In this document: positions 25,318 through 39,928 of the stretch, piece by piece
How positions within the stretch are numbered: the stretch's first letter is position 1
Layout of the letters: each line of letters opens with the position of its first letter
Assembly: GCF_030028105.1 (NCBI RefSeq)
Contig: NC_092374.1
Span: 8,608,998-8,672,997 of the forward strand
From: Mobula birostris
Taxonomy: Eukaryota
Length of the DNA stretch: 64,000 bases
Reading direction: 5' to 3'
Translations under genes and position numbers: made by a program
Notes under the pieces: model-generated
Seen by the model: the letters and a program-made list of their open reading frames with translations, nothing else
What the model was told of the DNA's origin: nothing
Database searches by the model: none

Positions 25318-27775
25318 ACTAGACACTAGACACTAGAATACTACAGCACAGTACAGGCTCTTCGGCCCTCGATGTTGTGCCGACCCATAACTTCCTTTAA
25401 AAATGTATTAAATCCACACTACCCAGTACCCCTGTATTTGTCTTTCATCCGTGCGCATGTCCAAGAGGTTTTTAAATACCCCTAATATTTTAGTCTCCAC
25501 CACCATCCCTGACAAGTCATTCCAGGCACCCACAAACCCCTCTGTAAAAAGCTTACCCCTGATGTCTCCCCTAACCTTCCCTCCCTTAACTTTGTACATA
25601 TGCCCTCCGGTATTTGCTATTCATGCCTTGGGAAACAGGTACTGGCTATCCATCCTATCTATGCCTCTCATAATCTTGTAAACCTCCATTAAGTCCCCTC
25701 TCATCCTTCTACGCTCCAAAGAGAAAAGTCCCAGCTCTGTTAACCTTGCCTCATAAGACTAGTTTTCCAATGCAGTCAACATCCTGGTAAATGTCCTCTG
25801 CATCCTCTCCATAGCTTCCACATCCTTCCTAAAATGAGGTGACCAGAACCGAACACAATGCTCCAAGTGTGCTCTCACCAGAGATATGTAGAGTTGCAAC
25901 ATGACCTCTCTACTCTTGAACTCAATCCCCTTATTAATGAAGCCTAGCATCCCATAGGCTCCTTAACTACCCTATCAACCTGTGCAGCGACCTTGAGGGA
26001 TGTATGAATTTGAACCCCAAGGTCCCTCTGTTCATCCACACTCATAAGTAACCGACCATAACCCTGTACTCAGCCTTCTGGTTTGTCCTTCCAAAACGCA
26101 TCACCTCACATTTATCCGGATTGAACTCCATCTGCTATATTTCTACCCAACTCTGCATCCTGTCTATATCCTCTTGTAACCTTCGACAACCTACAGCTTC
26201 ATCCACAACTCCTTCAATCTTCGTGTCATCCGCAAACTTACTCACCCATCCTTCCGCCTCTTCATCCAGAATATTTATAAAAATCATAAAGAGCAGGGGT
26301 CCCAGGACAGATCCTTGTGGCACTCCACTAATCACCGATCTCCAGGCAGAATACATTCCTTACAGTACTAACCTCCGCTTTCTTCCTGCAAGCCATTTTT
26401 TTTTATCCAAACAGCCAAAGGTTCCACTGATCCCATGCCTTGTGACTTTCTAGATGAGTCTTTCGTGGGGGACCTTGTCAAATGCCTTGCTAAAATCCAT
26501 GGAGACCACATCTACCGCCCTACCCTCATCAATTTCTTTTGTTACCTCTTCAAAAAACTCAATTAGACTCGTGAGGCACGACCTTGCCTTCACAAAGCCA
26601 TGTTGACGATCCTTGAGTAGACTGTACTTCTCCAAATGCTAGTAAATCCTATCCTTAAGAATCCTTTCCAATAGTTTGCAGACCACCGACGTAAGACTCA
26701 CCAGTCTATAGTTCCCAGGATTCTCCCTATTACCTTTTTTAAACAAGGGAACTACATTTGCCATTCTCCAATCCTCCAGCACCTCCCCTGCAGCCAAAGA
26801 GGATTCAAAGATCATAGCTACTGCTCCAGCGATCTTTTCCCTCACTTCCCACAACAACCTGGGTGAAATCACGTCCGACCCTGGAGACTTAACAATCTTA
26901 ATGTTTTTAAGAAGATCCAACACTACTTCATCCTTAATCTCCACTTTGTCCAGCACACAGACCTGTTCTATTTCGACCTCACCCTAATCAAGGTCCTTTT
27001 CACTTGTGAATACTGAAGCAAAGTATTCATTTAGGACCTCCCCAATCTCGTCCGCCTCCAGGCACATGTTGCCTTCTTTATCCTTTAGCGGCCCCACCTT
27101 CATTCTTGTCATCCTTCTGTTCTTCACATACGCATAGAATTTCTTGGGGTTCTCCTTAATCTTACATGCCAAGGCCTTCTTATGCCCCCTTCGAGCTCTC
27201 CTAAGTCCTTTCTTAAGCTCCTTCCTGGCTACCCTATATTTCTCATGAGCCCCTCCTGCTTCCTGCTTCTTAGATCTAACATATGCTTCCTTCTTCCTCT
27301 CGACGAGTTGCCTCACGTGTTTTGTCAGCTATGATTCCATTTTCCTATCATTTTTTCCTTGTCTCAGTGGGACAAACCTATCCTGAACCCATTACAAGTG
27401 GTCCCTAAACTTCCTCCACATTACTTCTGTGCTTTCACCCTTGAACATGTTTCCAATTTACTCTCGTTAGTTCCTGCCCCATATTTAAGCCCTTCCCTAG
27501 TTAAGCACTTTCCCATTTTGTTTGTTTTTATCCTTTTCCATAGCTATGCTGAAGCTAAGGGAGTTGTGGTCAGTCCCACCAAAATGCTCCCCCACCAAGA
27601 GGTCTACCACCTGACCAGGTTCATTACCCAGAACTAGATCCAGTATGGCCTCTCCTCTCGTCGGCCGGTCCACATACTGCGTTAGGAATCCTTCTTGAAC
27701 GCACCTGATAAATTCTGCCCCGTCTATCCCCCTTGCAGTCAGGAGGTGCCAGTCAATATGAGGGAAGTTGAAATC
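25318..27775 (-). mobile_element. CR1 LINE ORF2, multiple stops
   Basis: ORFs 25759-27316 with RT motifs and tail (actagac)n. It interrupts the continuation of block M (gaatggc|...|ggcctaca). Confidence 0.9.
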
Positions 27776-29139
27776 GGCCTACATCTGTTAACTGGGCTCA
27801 GGATGGTGGGTGGGTGGGAGAGGAGGGTCTGTCCTTGAGAGGGATTCAGGGAGGTGAAGTTGAAAGTATGTAGGGTGGAGGAGGTTTTGGAATAGAGTAA
27901 GGTTTCAGGCGAAGCTCACGGGAAAGATCCGAACCAATTCTAGTGACCCTTGCGGGTTGTCCCCAGAATATCCTTAAATGCTGGTTGTTTATGCAAATGG
28001 TTCATTTCACATGAAATAAATACATAAATGTATTTGGATCTGATTTAATGAGATCGTGGATAACTTGTGTATGTGCTTCCAGATTCCACCAAAGTTCAAA
28101 GGAAACTTATCATCAAAGTGCATAGATGTCACCATCTCCTGCCCTGAGATTCATTCTCATTCAGGCATTCACCTAGAACAAAGAAATACAACGGATTCAA
28201 TGAAAAACTGTATGCAAAGACTGAGAAGTAGCCAACGTGTAAAAGACGACAAAATGCAAAAAAAGAAGAGACGGTTTGCACCTGACCTGGAAATGGACAA
28301 TAGTGCTGCTCGGGGTTGTGGGGGGTGGGGGTGAGTTGGGGGGGGGCAGGTGCGGGTTTAAACTAGAGTTGCAGGAGTATGGAAACTTGAGTGGCAGTTT
28401 GTAGAGAGGTTGTGGAGACGATGTTGCTGGGGCCTCAGTCAAATTCGGGAATCAAAAGGTTGAACGCGGTGCGACTGATGTCCTGAGCTGCGTATACTTC
28501 AGTGCAAGTAAAGGGAAGGCAGATGGGCTCAGGGCATGGATCAACAGCTTGAATTATGATGTTGCAACCATTCGTGAACCTTAGTTGCAGGAGGGGCAGG
28601 ACTAGCAGTTCAATATCAGACGTGACAGAGCGGAAGGGATTAAAGGAGAAGGGATGGCGTTACTAGTCAAGGGAAACTAGTCACGGCAGTGTTCAGTCAG
28701 GACGTACTGGAGCCTTTTGAAGTGAGGTGCTATGGGTGGAACTGAGTAACAAGAATTGTATGACCACGTTACTGGGGCTATATTACAGACCGCCCAACAG
28801 TCCGTGTCATGGTCCCGTCTGGTAATGTCCCATCTTATGCAATATCCACTTCATCCCCTTTATCTGCCCTGCTTGTAATCCCCTCGAAGAATTCCAACCG
28901 TTGCATCAGACAATATGTTCCCTTAATGAAACTATTCGACTTTGTCTTATCTTGTCGTGTTATCAAGTACTCCATAACCTCATCCTTAGCAATTATCTCC
29001 AACATCTTCCTAACCACTGAGGTCAGGCTAAGGCCAGTCTCAGTTAGTCTCAGAACTTAAAGGAACAACAGGAAAGTGTGTCTGAGTCCCGTCAGTGCAT
29101 TCTGATGTAAACCGGACTTGCACTTCTCCTTAAACTGCA

Positions 29140-29305
29140 NNNNNNNNNNNNNNNNNNNNNNNNNNNNNNNNNNNNNNNNNNNNNNNNNNNNNNNNNNNNN
29201 NNNNNNNNNNNNNNNNNNNNNNNNNNNNNNNNNNNNNNNNNNNNNNNNNNNNNNNNNNNNNNNNNNNNNNNNNNNNNNNNNNNNNNNNNNNNNNNNNNNN
29301 NNNNN
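29140..29305. other. Assembly gap (166 N)
   Basis: Run of N adjacent to a short minus-oriented block M piece (about 29040-29139). Confidence 0.99.
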
Positions 29306-30279
29306 GTTAAGAACTACTGGTTTGCGGATACAAATGTCTTTGGGTCGTCGCATTGCATCTCAGGTAAGTTCCCCACGATGAGTCTATCTAGCGCATGCAC
29401 ACCACGTGAATTCATTCGCTGCCGGGTGAATTCCTAAACCTCACCAACCCCACATTTTCCACTACAATCACATATCATGGGGTCGAGCACCACATTTCCA
29501 CAACTGGATGGCAGGTTCATTCCTTTGCGCGTCGACTGGACTCGGAACAGCTGGTCAGCGTGAAGAACCAAGTATGCTAACTGAGAAATGTTTATTATTC
29601 TACGCAGATTGAGTAGCCCTTGGGCTTCACCCCTCCACATTGCCCATAAATCCCGTTTTCATGTTTCTGCTGGGGTCCAGGGTGAACTTTTCTGTACATC
29701 AAAGATTAGATTTGTACTTGGAAGATAGAACAGTACAGCCCAGCCCTTCGGCCCACCATGATGTGCCGATCTGTTAAGATCAATCTATCATTTATGACTT
29801 TATTTTTAGAGATGTAGTGTGGAACTAATTACCCTTCTAACCAGCGCGTCTTTCGAATGTGGGAGGTAACCAAAGCACACGGGGGAAATCCACGTGGTAT
29901 CAGGCAAACTGTACCAACTCCTTTGAGGCAGCGGTGGGAATTGAACACGGGTGGCTGGTGATCTCTGTGTGGAGTCAGCACATTGTCACTGTCACTGTGG
30001 GTGGGTATCCCATGAGTGCCCCGTTCCTTTCCGGGTTTCCTAAGGACGCGTGGGATGAGTGGTTAATTTTCTGACGTAAATTATCCGGAGGGTGATTCGG
30101 GGGCAGTTGATGGGCATTTATGAAAAGATAGCTTACAAAGAAACAGAGAGGGAATGGAACGACTGGGACCACTCTGCTGAGAGCCAGCATTGTCCAATGG
30201 GCCGGAAGGCCTCCTTTTGACTAATATGTAACATTGAACAGTTACTGAATTCAAATAACATCTATAGATATCATCTAAA

Positions 30280-30900
30280 CAATACACTGCCGCATACACA
30301 AAACGTTGGAGGAAACTCAGCAGGTCGGCAGCATATAATGGAATGAATAAACTTTTGACGTTTTGGGCCGAGACCATTCATCAGTACTGGAAAGAAATGG
30401 AGAAGAAGCCAGAATAAGACAGTGGACGAAGGGAGTACAAGAGAAGTGGAGCCAGGTGGGCGGAGGATGAGAGGTGATAGGTGGAAAATGTAAAGGGCTG
30501 AGGAAACAAATAATCTGATCGGACAGGATAGTGGGCCATGGACGAAAGGGAAGTACAGTAGAAAGGCCACCAGGGAGAGATGATTGGCCTCTGATGAGAT
30601 GAGAGAAGCAGGGAGTTGGCAGAGTGAGGAATTAAAGAAGTGGGGGGGACCTGAAATTAGAGAAATCCATGCTCATGCCATCAAGTTCAAGGCCACCAAA
30701 CAAAATATGAGGTGTTGCTCCTTAGACTGAGAGTAACCTCGCCGTGGCAGTAGAGGAGGCCATGGACCGTCATGTTGGAACAGGAAAGAGGATAGCAGTG
30801 GAAGTGGTTGGCAACTGGCAAATCCAAACTTTTTCAAATGGAGCGGTCCCCCAATCTACATCGGGTGTTGAATACGTAAGTTTAACAGTTATTTACACAA
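30280..30900 (-). mobile_element. Degenerate Penelope-like fragment, inverted duplicate of 22640-23240
   Basis: Shares idiosyncratic translations with the other copy (MAFLLYFPF; RCYLNS.TVQCY) and the same adjoining SINE-like sequence. Confidence 0.7.
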
Positions 30901-32049
30901 TCCGCCTACTTACATTCCCAGCCTAACAAAGTTAAATATTTCAGTTAATAGAAAATACTGTACAGAAATTAGTAAGTTAAACAGAGTGACTTCTTCGGAT
31001 GGATTCCGTGAGATATTCCTGGTGTTTAAGCAGAGGGCTGCCAAGTAAAGAGCTGAAAGCAGGTTGTCAAAACATTACAGTTGTAGGGTCAAAAAGCACT
31101 CGTACAGAAACTAGTCATTCGGCCCACTAGCTCCACGTTCACTGTTATTCTGTCTAGTCCCATTGACCTTAGTTCCTATATATATATATTTGTCTATCTG
31201 CCTGTGTCTATCTATTTAATTAATCTGCATTTTATTTTTTGTCTCTTTATATTGATACGGTCTGTCTTGTTTTATACAATAGTTACTTGGCAGTCTTTGT
31301 GTGCAGTTTTTCATTGATTCTATCGTATTTCTTTGTTAGAAAAATAGAAAACTTACAGCACAGTGCAGGCCCTTCGGCCCACAAAGCTGTGCTGAACATA
31401 TCCTTACTTTAGAAATTACCTAGCGTTACCCATAGCCCTCTATTTTTCTGAGTTCCATGTACCTATCCTGAAATCTCTTAAAAGACCCTATCGTATCCGC
31501 CTCCACCATCGTCGTCGGCAGCTTATTCCACGCACTGACCACTCTCCGTGTTAAAAAAACTTACCCCTGACACCTCCTCTGTTCTGCTCTGAATGCCAGC
31601 ATGAAAATGAATCAGGGTAGTCCATGGTGATATATACGTACTTTCATAATAATGATACTTTGAACTTTCAAGGAATCTGGAAGAACATACACAATTCGTC
31701 CATGATCATATTAATTCAGCTTCAGATACGTTTATTGATTTATTACTCGTGAAATGCACCATTTGCGTTAACGACCAGCACTTAAAGATGTGCTGAGGAC
31801 AGTATGCAACTTTTGCTATAATTGAAAGTTGGGCCCTTTCCGAGTGCTTCACCTGAAACCAGACTCAATTCCTCAGCACCCATCCCGCCCCTGAGGCCGC
31901 GTTGCCCAGCTTTTCCTCCTTGTTTCCCTCTCAGCACAGTCCCTCCTTTGTCGATTCCTGAGCCTCAGCCCTCAGCGCACGTGCCTCAGATCCACCTCCC
32001 TGTATCCCCCTGACGCCCAGTCCCTCCTCTTCCACCCACCCACCGCCGT

Positions 32050-32620
32050 GACCCAGTTAACAACTGTAGGCCATTCGGTTATCCGGCCCTGCTCCACCAG
32101 TCTACCCGTGCATGATTGAGAATCTACTTCTGTGCTGGAGACAAAAATTGTCAGTTCTCCATTCGGGTGCAAAGAAACTTCTGCTCAATCCGTAACTTCA
32201 TCACGCTCAGAAGTCGAGCAATTTCTGCTGATCTCGAACTGGTACCACGTGTCCCAAGAGTGTGGCCACAGATTCTGGACTTTATAATTTGAGTAAGGAA
32301 ATTAGTGTCAAGAATGAATACCCTACCCCTGAGAAAGACAGAAGGCCACTGCAAAGGCAACGCCAGAGTCCTTCACCCACGCCCCAGTGTTTGGGCCATC
32401 TCGCTCGCTGCCCTTCACTTGCTGACGCTGAAATGCTGACCTTTTCACTTGCTGTAGAAGGTCCAGGAACTGTTAAACCGCAACACTGACACGTATGACT
32501 CAAAATGAATCAAGAGGTCGAGCAGAGAGCGAAATTATTCTTAGAACTTAAAGGAACAAAGCAAAGTGCGTGTCACTGCTCTCATCACACTTCGCGTAAA
32601 ACAAACCTCCTCCGATTTTC
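32050..32620 (-). repeat. Locus-specific duplicated block M, minus-oriented copy
   Basis: Reverse complement aligns by eye with 24240-24720 and with 17290-17450 plus 21355-21450. Confidence 0.75.
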
Positions 32621-33059
32621 AAACTGCCACCATCCTCCCCCTCCGGAAATGAAAGGATTAACATGTGGAGAGCGTGTGGTGGTTCTGTGACTCCATTCGC
32701 TGGAGTTTGGAAAAATTAGTACCAGTTTTTGGGAGGGTGATTCCTACAGTGAGCGAGTCCGTGACCAGAGTGCACAGCCACAGAACAGAAGTACGTCCAC
32801 TTATAACGAAGATGAGTAAGGATTTCGCTAGCCGGAGGGTATAGAAACTGTGGACTTCGTTGCCATAGACGGCTGTGGAGCCCATGACATTGTGCATACT
32901 TAAAGCTGAGGTTGGTTGGTTCTTGAGTAGTCAGGGTGTCAGATATTTCTGGAATAAGGCAGAAAAATGGGTTTGAGGGCAATAATAAATTAGTCATGAT
33001 TTAGTCATTGATTGGATTCGATGGATCGAATATTCTAATTCTGCTCCTAAGTGTCATGG

Positions 33060-34360
33060 TCTTTTTTATACATGGGAGCAGAATTAGGCCATTTAGCCCA
33101 TTGCATCTGCTCTGCCATTCAATTATGGCTGATTCTTTCAATCTCTATCAATCTCTTCCTTACGTACACCCAACGACCTGGCCTCCACAGCAGCCTGTGG
33201 TTAAAAATTCCTCATATCCTCTACCCTCTACCCTTAGGCTAAAGAAGTTTCTCTGCATCTCTGTTTTAAATGTGCGCCCCTCTATTCTGAGGCCGTGCCC
33301 TCTTGTCTGAGACTCCGCCACCATGGGAAACATCCTTTGCACATCTAATTTGTCTAGGCCTTTCAACATTCGAAAGGTTTCACTGTGATTCCCTCCTCAT
33401 GCTTCTGAATTCCCAGAATCATCCTTGTGAACCTCCTCTTAACTCTCTCCAATGCAAGCACATTCTTCCTCAGGTGAAGAGCACAAAACTGATCCCTATA
33501 CTCAAGGTGAGGCTTCACCAGTGCCTTATAAAGACACAGCATCACATCCTGATCTTGTATTAAAGACCGCTTGAAATGAATGCTAACATTGCATTTGCCT
33601 TCCTCACTACTGACTCAACCTGCAAGTTAATCTTTAGGGTGTTCTACACAAGGACTCACAAGTTCCTTTGCATTTCAGGGATTTAGGATTTACTCCCTGT
33701 TTGGAAAATAGCCTGCACATTTATTTCTTCTACCAAAGTGCATGACCATGCATTTTTCAACATTGTATTTGAATTATCCATTCTCCTAATCTGTATCAGT
33801 ACATCCTTGTTTCCTCAACACTACCTGCTCCTCCACCAATCTTCGCATCATCTTCTATCATTGGCAACAAATCCATTTATTCTGTCATCTAAATCATTTA
33901 CAAACAGCATAAAAAGAAGTGGTCCCAATACCGATTCCTGCAGAACACCACTAGTCACTGGCAGCCAACTAGAAAAGGATCCTTTTGTTCTCACTCGCTG
34001 GCTCCTACCATCAGTCAATGCTGTAAACACGGTAGTAACTTTCCTGTAAGACCATGGGCTCTTAACTTTGTAAGCAGCTGCGTATGCGGCACCTTGTCAA
34101 AGGCCTTCTGAACGTCAAATATACAGCATTCTTTGCATCCTCTTTACCTATCCTACATGTAATTTCCTCAAAGAATTCCAATAGATTCGTCAGGAACGAT
34201 TTTCCCTTAGTGAAACCATCCTGAGTTTGTCCTATCTTGTCCTATGTCACCAAGTACTCCATAACCTCATTCTTAACAATTGACTCCAACATCTTCCAAA
34301 CCACTGGGGTCAGGCTAATTTGTGCTGCCTCCCTCTTTTCTTAAAGTGGAGTTACATTTA
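33060..34360 (-). mobile_element. Degenerate CR1 ORF2 fragment
   Basis: [26 protein letters not shown] and LYKALVKPHLEY motifs. Confidence 0.8.
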
Positions 34361-34869
34361 CAGAGTCTTAATTGCGGCTGTCATTATAAACACACTGAGA
34401 ACTATGCAATGCAAACGCACAGCTAACAATGTGAAAATACCCTTAACACACACAACATTTTCATACACAGGAATCGGCAGAGCAAACGTGAAATACCACA
34501 GAATATCAATTATTCCACGGCCGAAGTCACTAAGAATCACATGTCTTTCCCATTTTGATGTTTGCTCTGAACAACAACTGAACGTCCCACTGAAAGGTTT
34601 CAACCCGAAACGTCGACTTTCATAGATGCTGCCTGGCCTGCGAAGTATCTCCCGCATTTTGTGTGTGTTGCTCCGATTTCAATTTTCTCTTGCTTGTAGC
34701 TGAACCTCTTAAGCATTCATCATGCCTTTATGCCTTGCTCTGCCACTACATGAACCGTCTGATTAGATATTTGCATGAACAAGCGGCGAAACCTAATAAA
34801 GTGGCCAGTGAATGCAAGTGATAAATCCTCGACCAACTTGATTCACTCAATCTATGTGTAAGTTAAAGT

Positions 34870-36100
34870 TCCCCATGATAACTGCCCCATTCTTACATTC
34901 CTCAGATATTTCTCCGTTTATTGCCTGTGCCACTGTAATATTGTTCGGTGGCCATTAGACAACTCCCACCAGTAATTTTTTTTCCCTTTACTCTTCCTAA
35001 TCTCTACCAAGATGGATTAAACATTCTACTTGGATCTTATATCGTCTCTCAATATCGCCCTGATCTCATCTTCAATTAAGAGCGTTAATCCACATCCCTT
35101 ACCTTCCTTCCTATCGTTCCGTTTTACCTGATATCCTTGGATATTTAATTCCCGATCCTCTTCACTCTGCAACTACGACACTGTAATGGCCAATAAACAA
35201 CCGCTTTTTACTGATTCGTGCCACATGTTCACTGATCTTGTTTCGAATACGACGGAAGTTCAGATAAAGTGCCCTTACAGTCATTGTGCTTTTAAAATTT
35301 TGTAATCTTTCATTTTTTTCCACTGGACTTTTCTTCACTCCACTTTTTTCTCTTTTCTCTTTTGCTTTTTCTTTATCTTTATCCACACTTTTCTATTTTA
35401 CTTTATCCATACTTCTCCAACAAGCCCCCCCCCCCCCCCCCCGCCACACTACTGTTTAGTTTAAAGCCCTGTCCACAGCCCGAGTTCTGCGCTTCGCTAG
35501 GATCCAAGTCCCATCACGGTTCAGTTGGAGCCCGTCCCATTGGTACAGCTCACTTCTTCCTCAATACTGGGGCCAATTTCCCATGAATTCAAACCCACTT
35601 CTCCCACACCAACCCTGGAGCCACACATTCAACTCTCTAATCGTCTTGATCCTATGCCAATTTGCACGTGACTCGGATAGTAATCCAGAGATTACCAGAT
35701 TTCTGGTTCTGCTTCTTAATTTAAAAACTTAATTTAATTTCCCTCAACTGAACCCCTTTCTTCGTTCTACTCATATCGTTGGTACCCACATGGACCACAA
35801 CAAATGGATCTTTCCCCTCCCACTGCAAATTCTTCTGCAGGTCAGAGAAGATGTCCCGAACTCGGGCACCAGGCACACAGCCTTGGGGACGCTCTATTCT
35901 CACGACTGAGAACTCTATCTATTCCCCTGACTATGCTATCCTCAATTACTACCACATTTCTCTTCTCTCCCCCACCTCCATCACTCCCGATACCTTGAAT
36001 GACTCCCTGAACTACGGTGCCACAGTTAGGTTGCTCATGCTTCCTACAGCCCGCACTCGCAACCACACAGGGAGCAAGAATCTCAGACCAACTGGGGCAC
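34870..36100 (-). mobile_element. CR1 5' part (ORF1 SGNH-esterase region), decayed
   Basis: VVVIEDSIVRGID...PGARVRD...VVVHVGTNDM motifs. Confidence 0.72.
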
Positions 36101-36204
36101 GCTCAGGGGCTGATGCTCCTCCAGAACTGTCTCTTGCATCCCATTACCCGCCTCACTCGCAGTCACACCCTCTTGACCCTGACCACAGACCGAATTTGAG
36201 GCAA

Positions 36205-38130
36205 CTAATCTCAGAATCAGGTTTATTATCACCGGCACGTGACGTGAAATTTGTTAACTTAGTAGCAGCAGTTCAAATTAATATAGAAAAAGATACAAAC
36301 AATAATAATAATAATAATAAATAAATCCATCAATTGCAGTATATGTATATTGAATAGATTAAAAATTGTACAAAATAGAAATACTATATTTTAAAAAAGT
36401 GAGGTAGTGTTCACGTGTTCAATGTCCATTTAGGAATCGAATGACAGAGGGAAAGAAGCTGTTCCTGAATCGCTGAGTGTGTGCCTTCCGGCTTTTGTAC
36501 TTCCTACCTGATGGCAACAGCGAGAAAAGGGCATGCCCTGGGTGCTGGAGGTCCTTAATAATGGACGCTGCCTTTCTGAGACACCGCTCCCTGAAGATGT
36601 CCTGGGTACTTTGAGGCTAGTTCTCAAGATGGAGCCGACTAAATTTAAAACCCTCTGCAGCTTCTTTTCGGTCCTGTGCAGTAGCCGCCACCCCATCCCG
36701 ATCCCCCATCCAAGAGACTGCTGCAGCCTGTCAGAATGCGCTCCACGGTACAGCTATAGAGGTTTTTGAGTGTATTTGTTGACATACCAAATCTCTTTAA
36801 ACTACTAATGAAGTATAGTCACTATCTTGCCTTCTTTATAACCGCATCGATATGTTGGGACCAGGTTAGATCCTCAGAGATCCTGATACCCAGGGACTTG
36901 AAACTGCTCATTCTGTCCATTCTGATCCCTCTGTGAGGATTGGTATGTGCTCCTTCGTCTTACCCTTCTTGAAGTCCACAATCAGCTCTTTCGTCTTACT
37001 GACGTTGAGTGCCAAGTTGTTTCTGCGAGATCACTCCATTTGTTGGCATATCTCACTCCTGTACGCCCTCTCGTCACCACCTGAGATTCTACTAACAAAT
37101 CGTCAGCAAATTTGTAGATGGTATTTGAGTTATGTCTAGCCACACAGTCATGGGTATAGAGAGAATAGAGCAGTGGATTAAAACACACCCCTGAGAGGAA
37201 CCAGTGTTGATTGTCAGTCAGGTGGAGATGTTATCACCAATCTGCACAGACTGTGGTCTTCCGGTTAGGAAGTCGAGGATCCAATTGTAGAGGGAAGTTC
37301 TGCAAAGGCCCAGAGACCCAAGTTCTGCAACTTCTTAATCCGGATTGTGGAAATGATGGTATTGAATGCTGAGTTATAGTCAATGAACGGCATCCTGACG
37401 TTGGTTCTTGTGTTGTCCAGGTGGTCTAAAGCCATGTGAAGAGCCATTGAGATTATGTCTGCTGTTGACATATTATGGCGATAGGCAAATTGCAATGGGT
37501 CCAAGCCCTTGCTGAGGCAGGAGTTCAGTCTAGACATGACACACCTCTCAAAGCATTTCATCACTGTAGATGTGAGTGCTACCGGGCGGTAGTCATTAAG
37601 GCAGCTCACATTATTCTTCTTAGGCACTGGTATAATTGTTTCCTTTTTGAAGCAAGTGGGAACTCTCCCCTGTAGCAGTGAGAGGTTGAAAATGTCCTTG
37701 AATACTCCCACCAGTCGGATTGCACAGGTTTTTAGAGCCTTACCAGGTACTCCATCGGGACCTTCCGCCTTGGGAAGGTTCACTCTCTTTAAAGACGGCC
37801 GAACATCGGCCTCTGAGGCAAAGATCACAGGGTCATCAGGTGCAGCAGCGATCTTCTAAACTGTAGTTGTATTCTCCCTTTCAAAGCAGGCGTAGAAGCG
37901 TTGAATTCAGCTGGTAGTGAAGCATCGCTGCCATTCATGCTATTGGGTGTTGTTTTGTAGAAAGTAACGTTTGCAAACCCTGCCAGATTTGCCGTGCATC
38001 CGAAGTCTAATGGGTGTGACAATCTCCTGAAACAGTGAATGTAGGTAACTGTTCCCCTCCCAGCTGTGCCGCAGTTCACACATGTAGGCTACTCGGCAGT
38101 CCAGCCGTGCTCCACCAGTCAGCATCGTCA
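36205..38130 (-). mobile_element. Rex1/Babar-like LINE RT fragment
   Basis: ORF 37265-37828 reads KAEGPDGVPG...LNDYRPVALTSTVMKCFER...LDPLQFAYR...IDYNSAFNTI. Confidence 0.85.
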
Positions 38131-39928
38131 TGTCAGAATATTCAATTCAGTGTTCTGTTCTCATCAATCCCATTGTCATTAGGAAATTGTTGAAGTGGAA
38201 GGATACATCGGCTCCCATTTTGTCACAATGGTTCATTCAAGTGAAGCTATGGCTAAGTTTAGAAAAAATTAGAAGTCGAACCTTTCAACCTATGCTTGAT
38301 TTTGAGAAAAGATGGGGTTCATTTACTCTTTATTATCATTTGAGTTCATTGCTAGATTTCCTCCACGACCTAATTGGAAATTTTTGGTACTTTTTTTTCT
38401 TGCTGGCGGTTTGATGTTTATCTTTAGAAGCTTTTTGTATGACGTACGGCTCCGGGGTTGAACACCTAAGAGGGCTTTTTTTTCTCACTTTTCCTTGCTT
38501 AGTAGGGTTTTTCTTTCTCTTTTGATTTTTTCCACCAAAATTTCTTCAATTATGAAAGCAATGTGTTTTTTTCGAGACATTGTAAGTGTTGTCTACTTTG
38601 ATGTACACTTCTTAATTTTGGAGAATAATAAAAAAAAAGATTTGAAAAGAAGAGGAAATTATGAAGGAACGCAACAGGTCAAGTCGCATCCATGGAAAGA
38701 AATGAACAGTCAACTGATGAAGGGTCTCGGTCCAAAATGTTAACTGTTTATTTTTTTTCCATCATGTGCGCCCTGATCTGCTGAACTCCTCCGGCATATT
38801 CTTTCTGAATGTTACTCTGGATTTCCACCATGTGGAGAAACTCTTCTGTTTATGATTTGTCATTCGGAAATTGTCTCCTTCTTGAGTATATTTAGCGACT
38901 GGGCTTCCGCTACGTTCTGAGCCAGAGAAAGCTCTGTAAGTTCATCACACTCGGGGGTGGAGAAATTTCGCTTATCAAGATGTGGTACCACGTATTCCCG
39001 AGTCTTTGGCCGTGGGTCCTGGACTTCACAGCTGGTGTGAAGAATATATCAACTATTGTCATTCCGCACCAACACTGAGAGCAGGATCCTTGAGTTCTTC
39101 ACTCGCACTACAATGTTTTGAACTTCTCACCCGCCGCTGACCCTGAAATGCTGACTTATTTCAGTTCTTGCAGAATTTGAGGAACTGTTCAACCACAACA
39201 CTGACACTTATGACTCAAAGGGATCAGGAGGCAGAACAGAGAGCAAATTTATTCTTAAAACATAAAGGAGCATTGCTCCCCCAACCCTCCCCCCTACACT
39301 CACACACACTCACATGACTGCTAGCAAATCTTAAGATATATAACCAAGCACATGGACTTCAATCCTCCAAGATATGCTCTGAACCCAATGGCGGTTGCCA
39401 TCCATGCAGCGATAAACGTCGCCTGATGAGACCAGCAGCCGTGATCCCGATCCCACGTATTCAAGACATTTCGGCACGTTTAGCCTAGAATTCAACTACA
39501 GCTTGTCGTGTCAAAGGAGTGGGGGGTATTTATTTAGTAAATGGAACCCACTTACATTTTCACTTGTTGGTCGCATCCATATAGTCAAAATGATGACTTT
39601 ACCAAAAAGTTTATATTTATTTCAGAATATCCCTGTTTTTCTGAGTAAGAAGTTTTTTGATCGGATTAATTCTATTATTTTATCCTTTATTTGGAATATT
39701 AAAAGACCAAGAATTGGTAAATGTCACTTACAAAAGCTGAAAAAGGATGGAGGTCTCACTTTGCCTAATTTAAGAATGTATTACTGGGCTGTTAATGTGC
39801 GATATATGTCCTTTTGGTTACACTGGGTTGATAAGAACGATCGGCCAATTTGGGTAGATTTGGAATTGAAAGCTGTGAAACAGTTTTATTTAACCTCGTT
39901 ATTGGGAGCTGCTTTAGCTATACAATTA

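Noticed and set aside
29306-29363. Plus-strand KNYWFADTNVFGSSHCISG followed by G|GTAAGT as the end of an Ig exon
   Set aside because: It lacks the Cys and a full G strand, is cut by a gap, and the opposite strand better matches the exon-like piece of the repeated unit.
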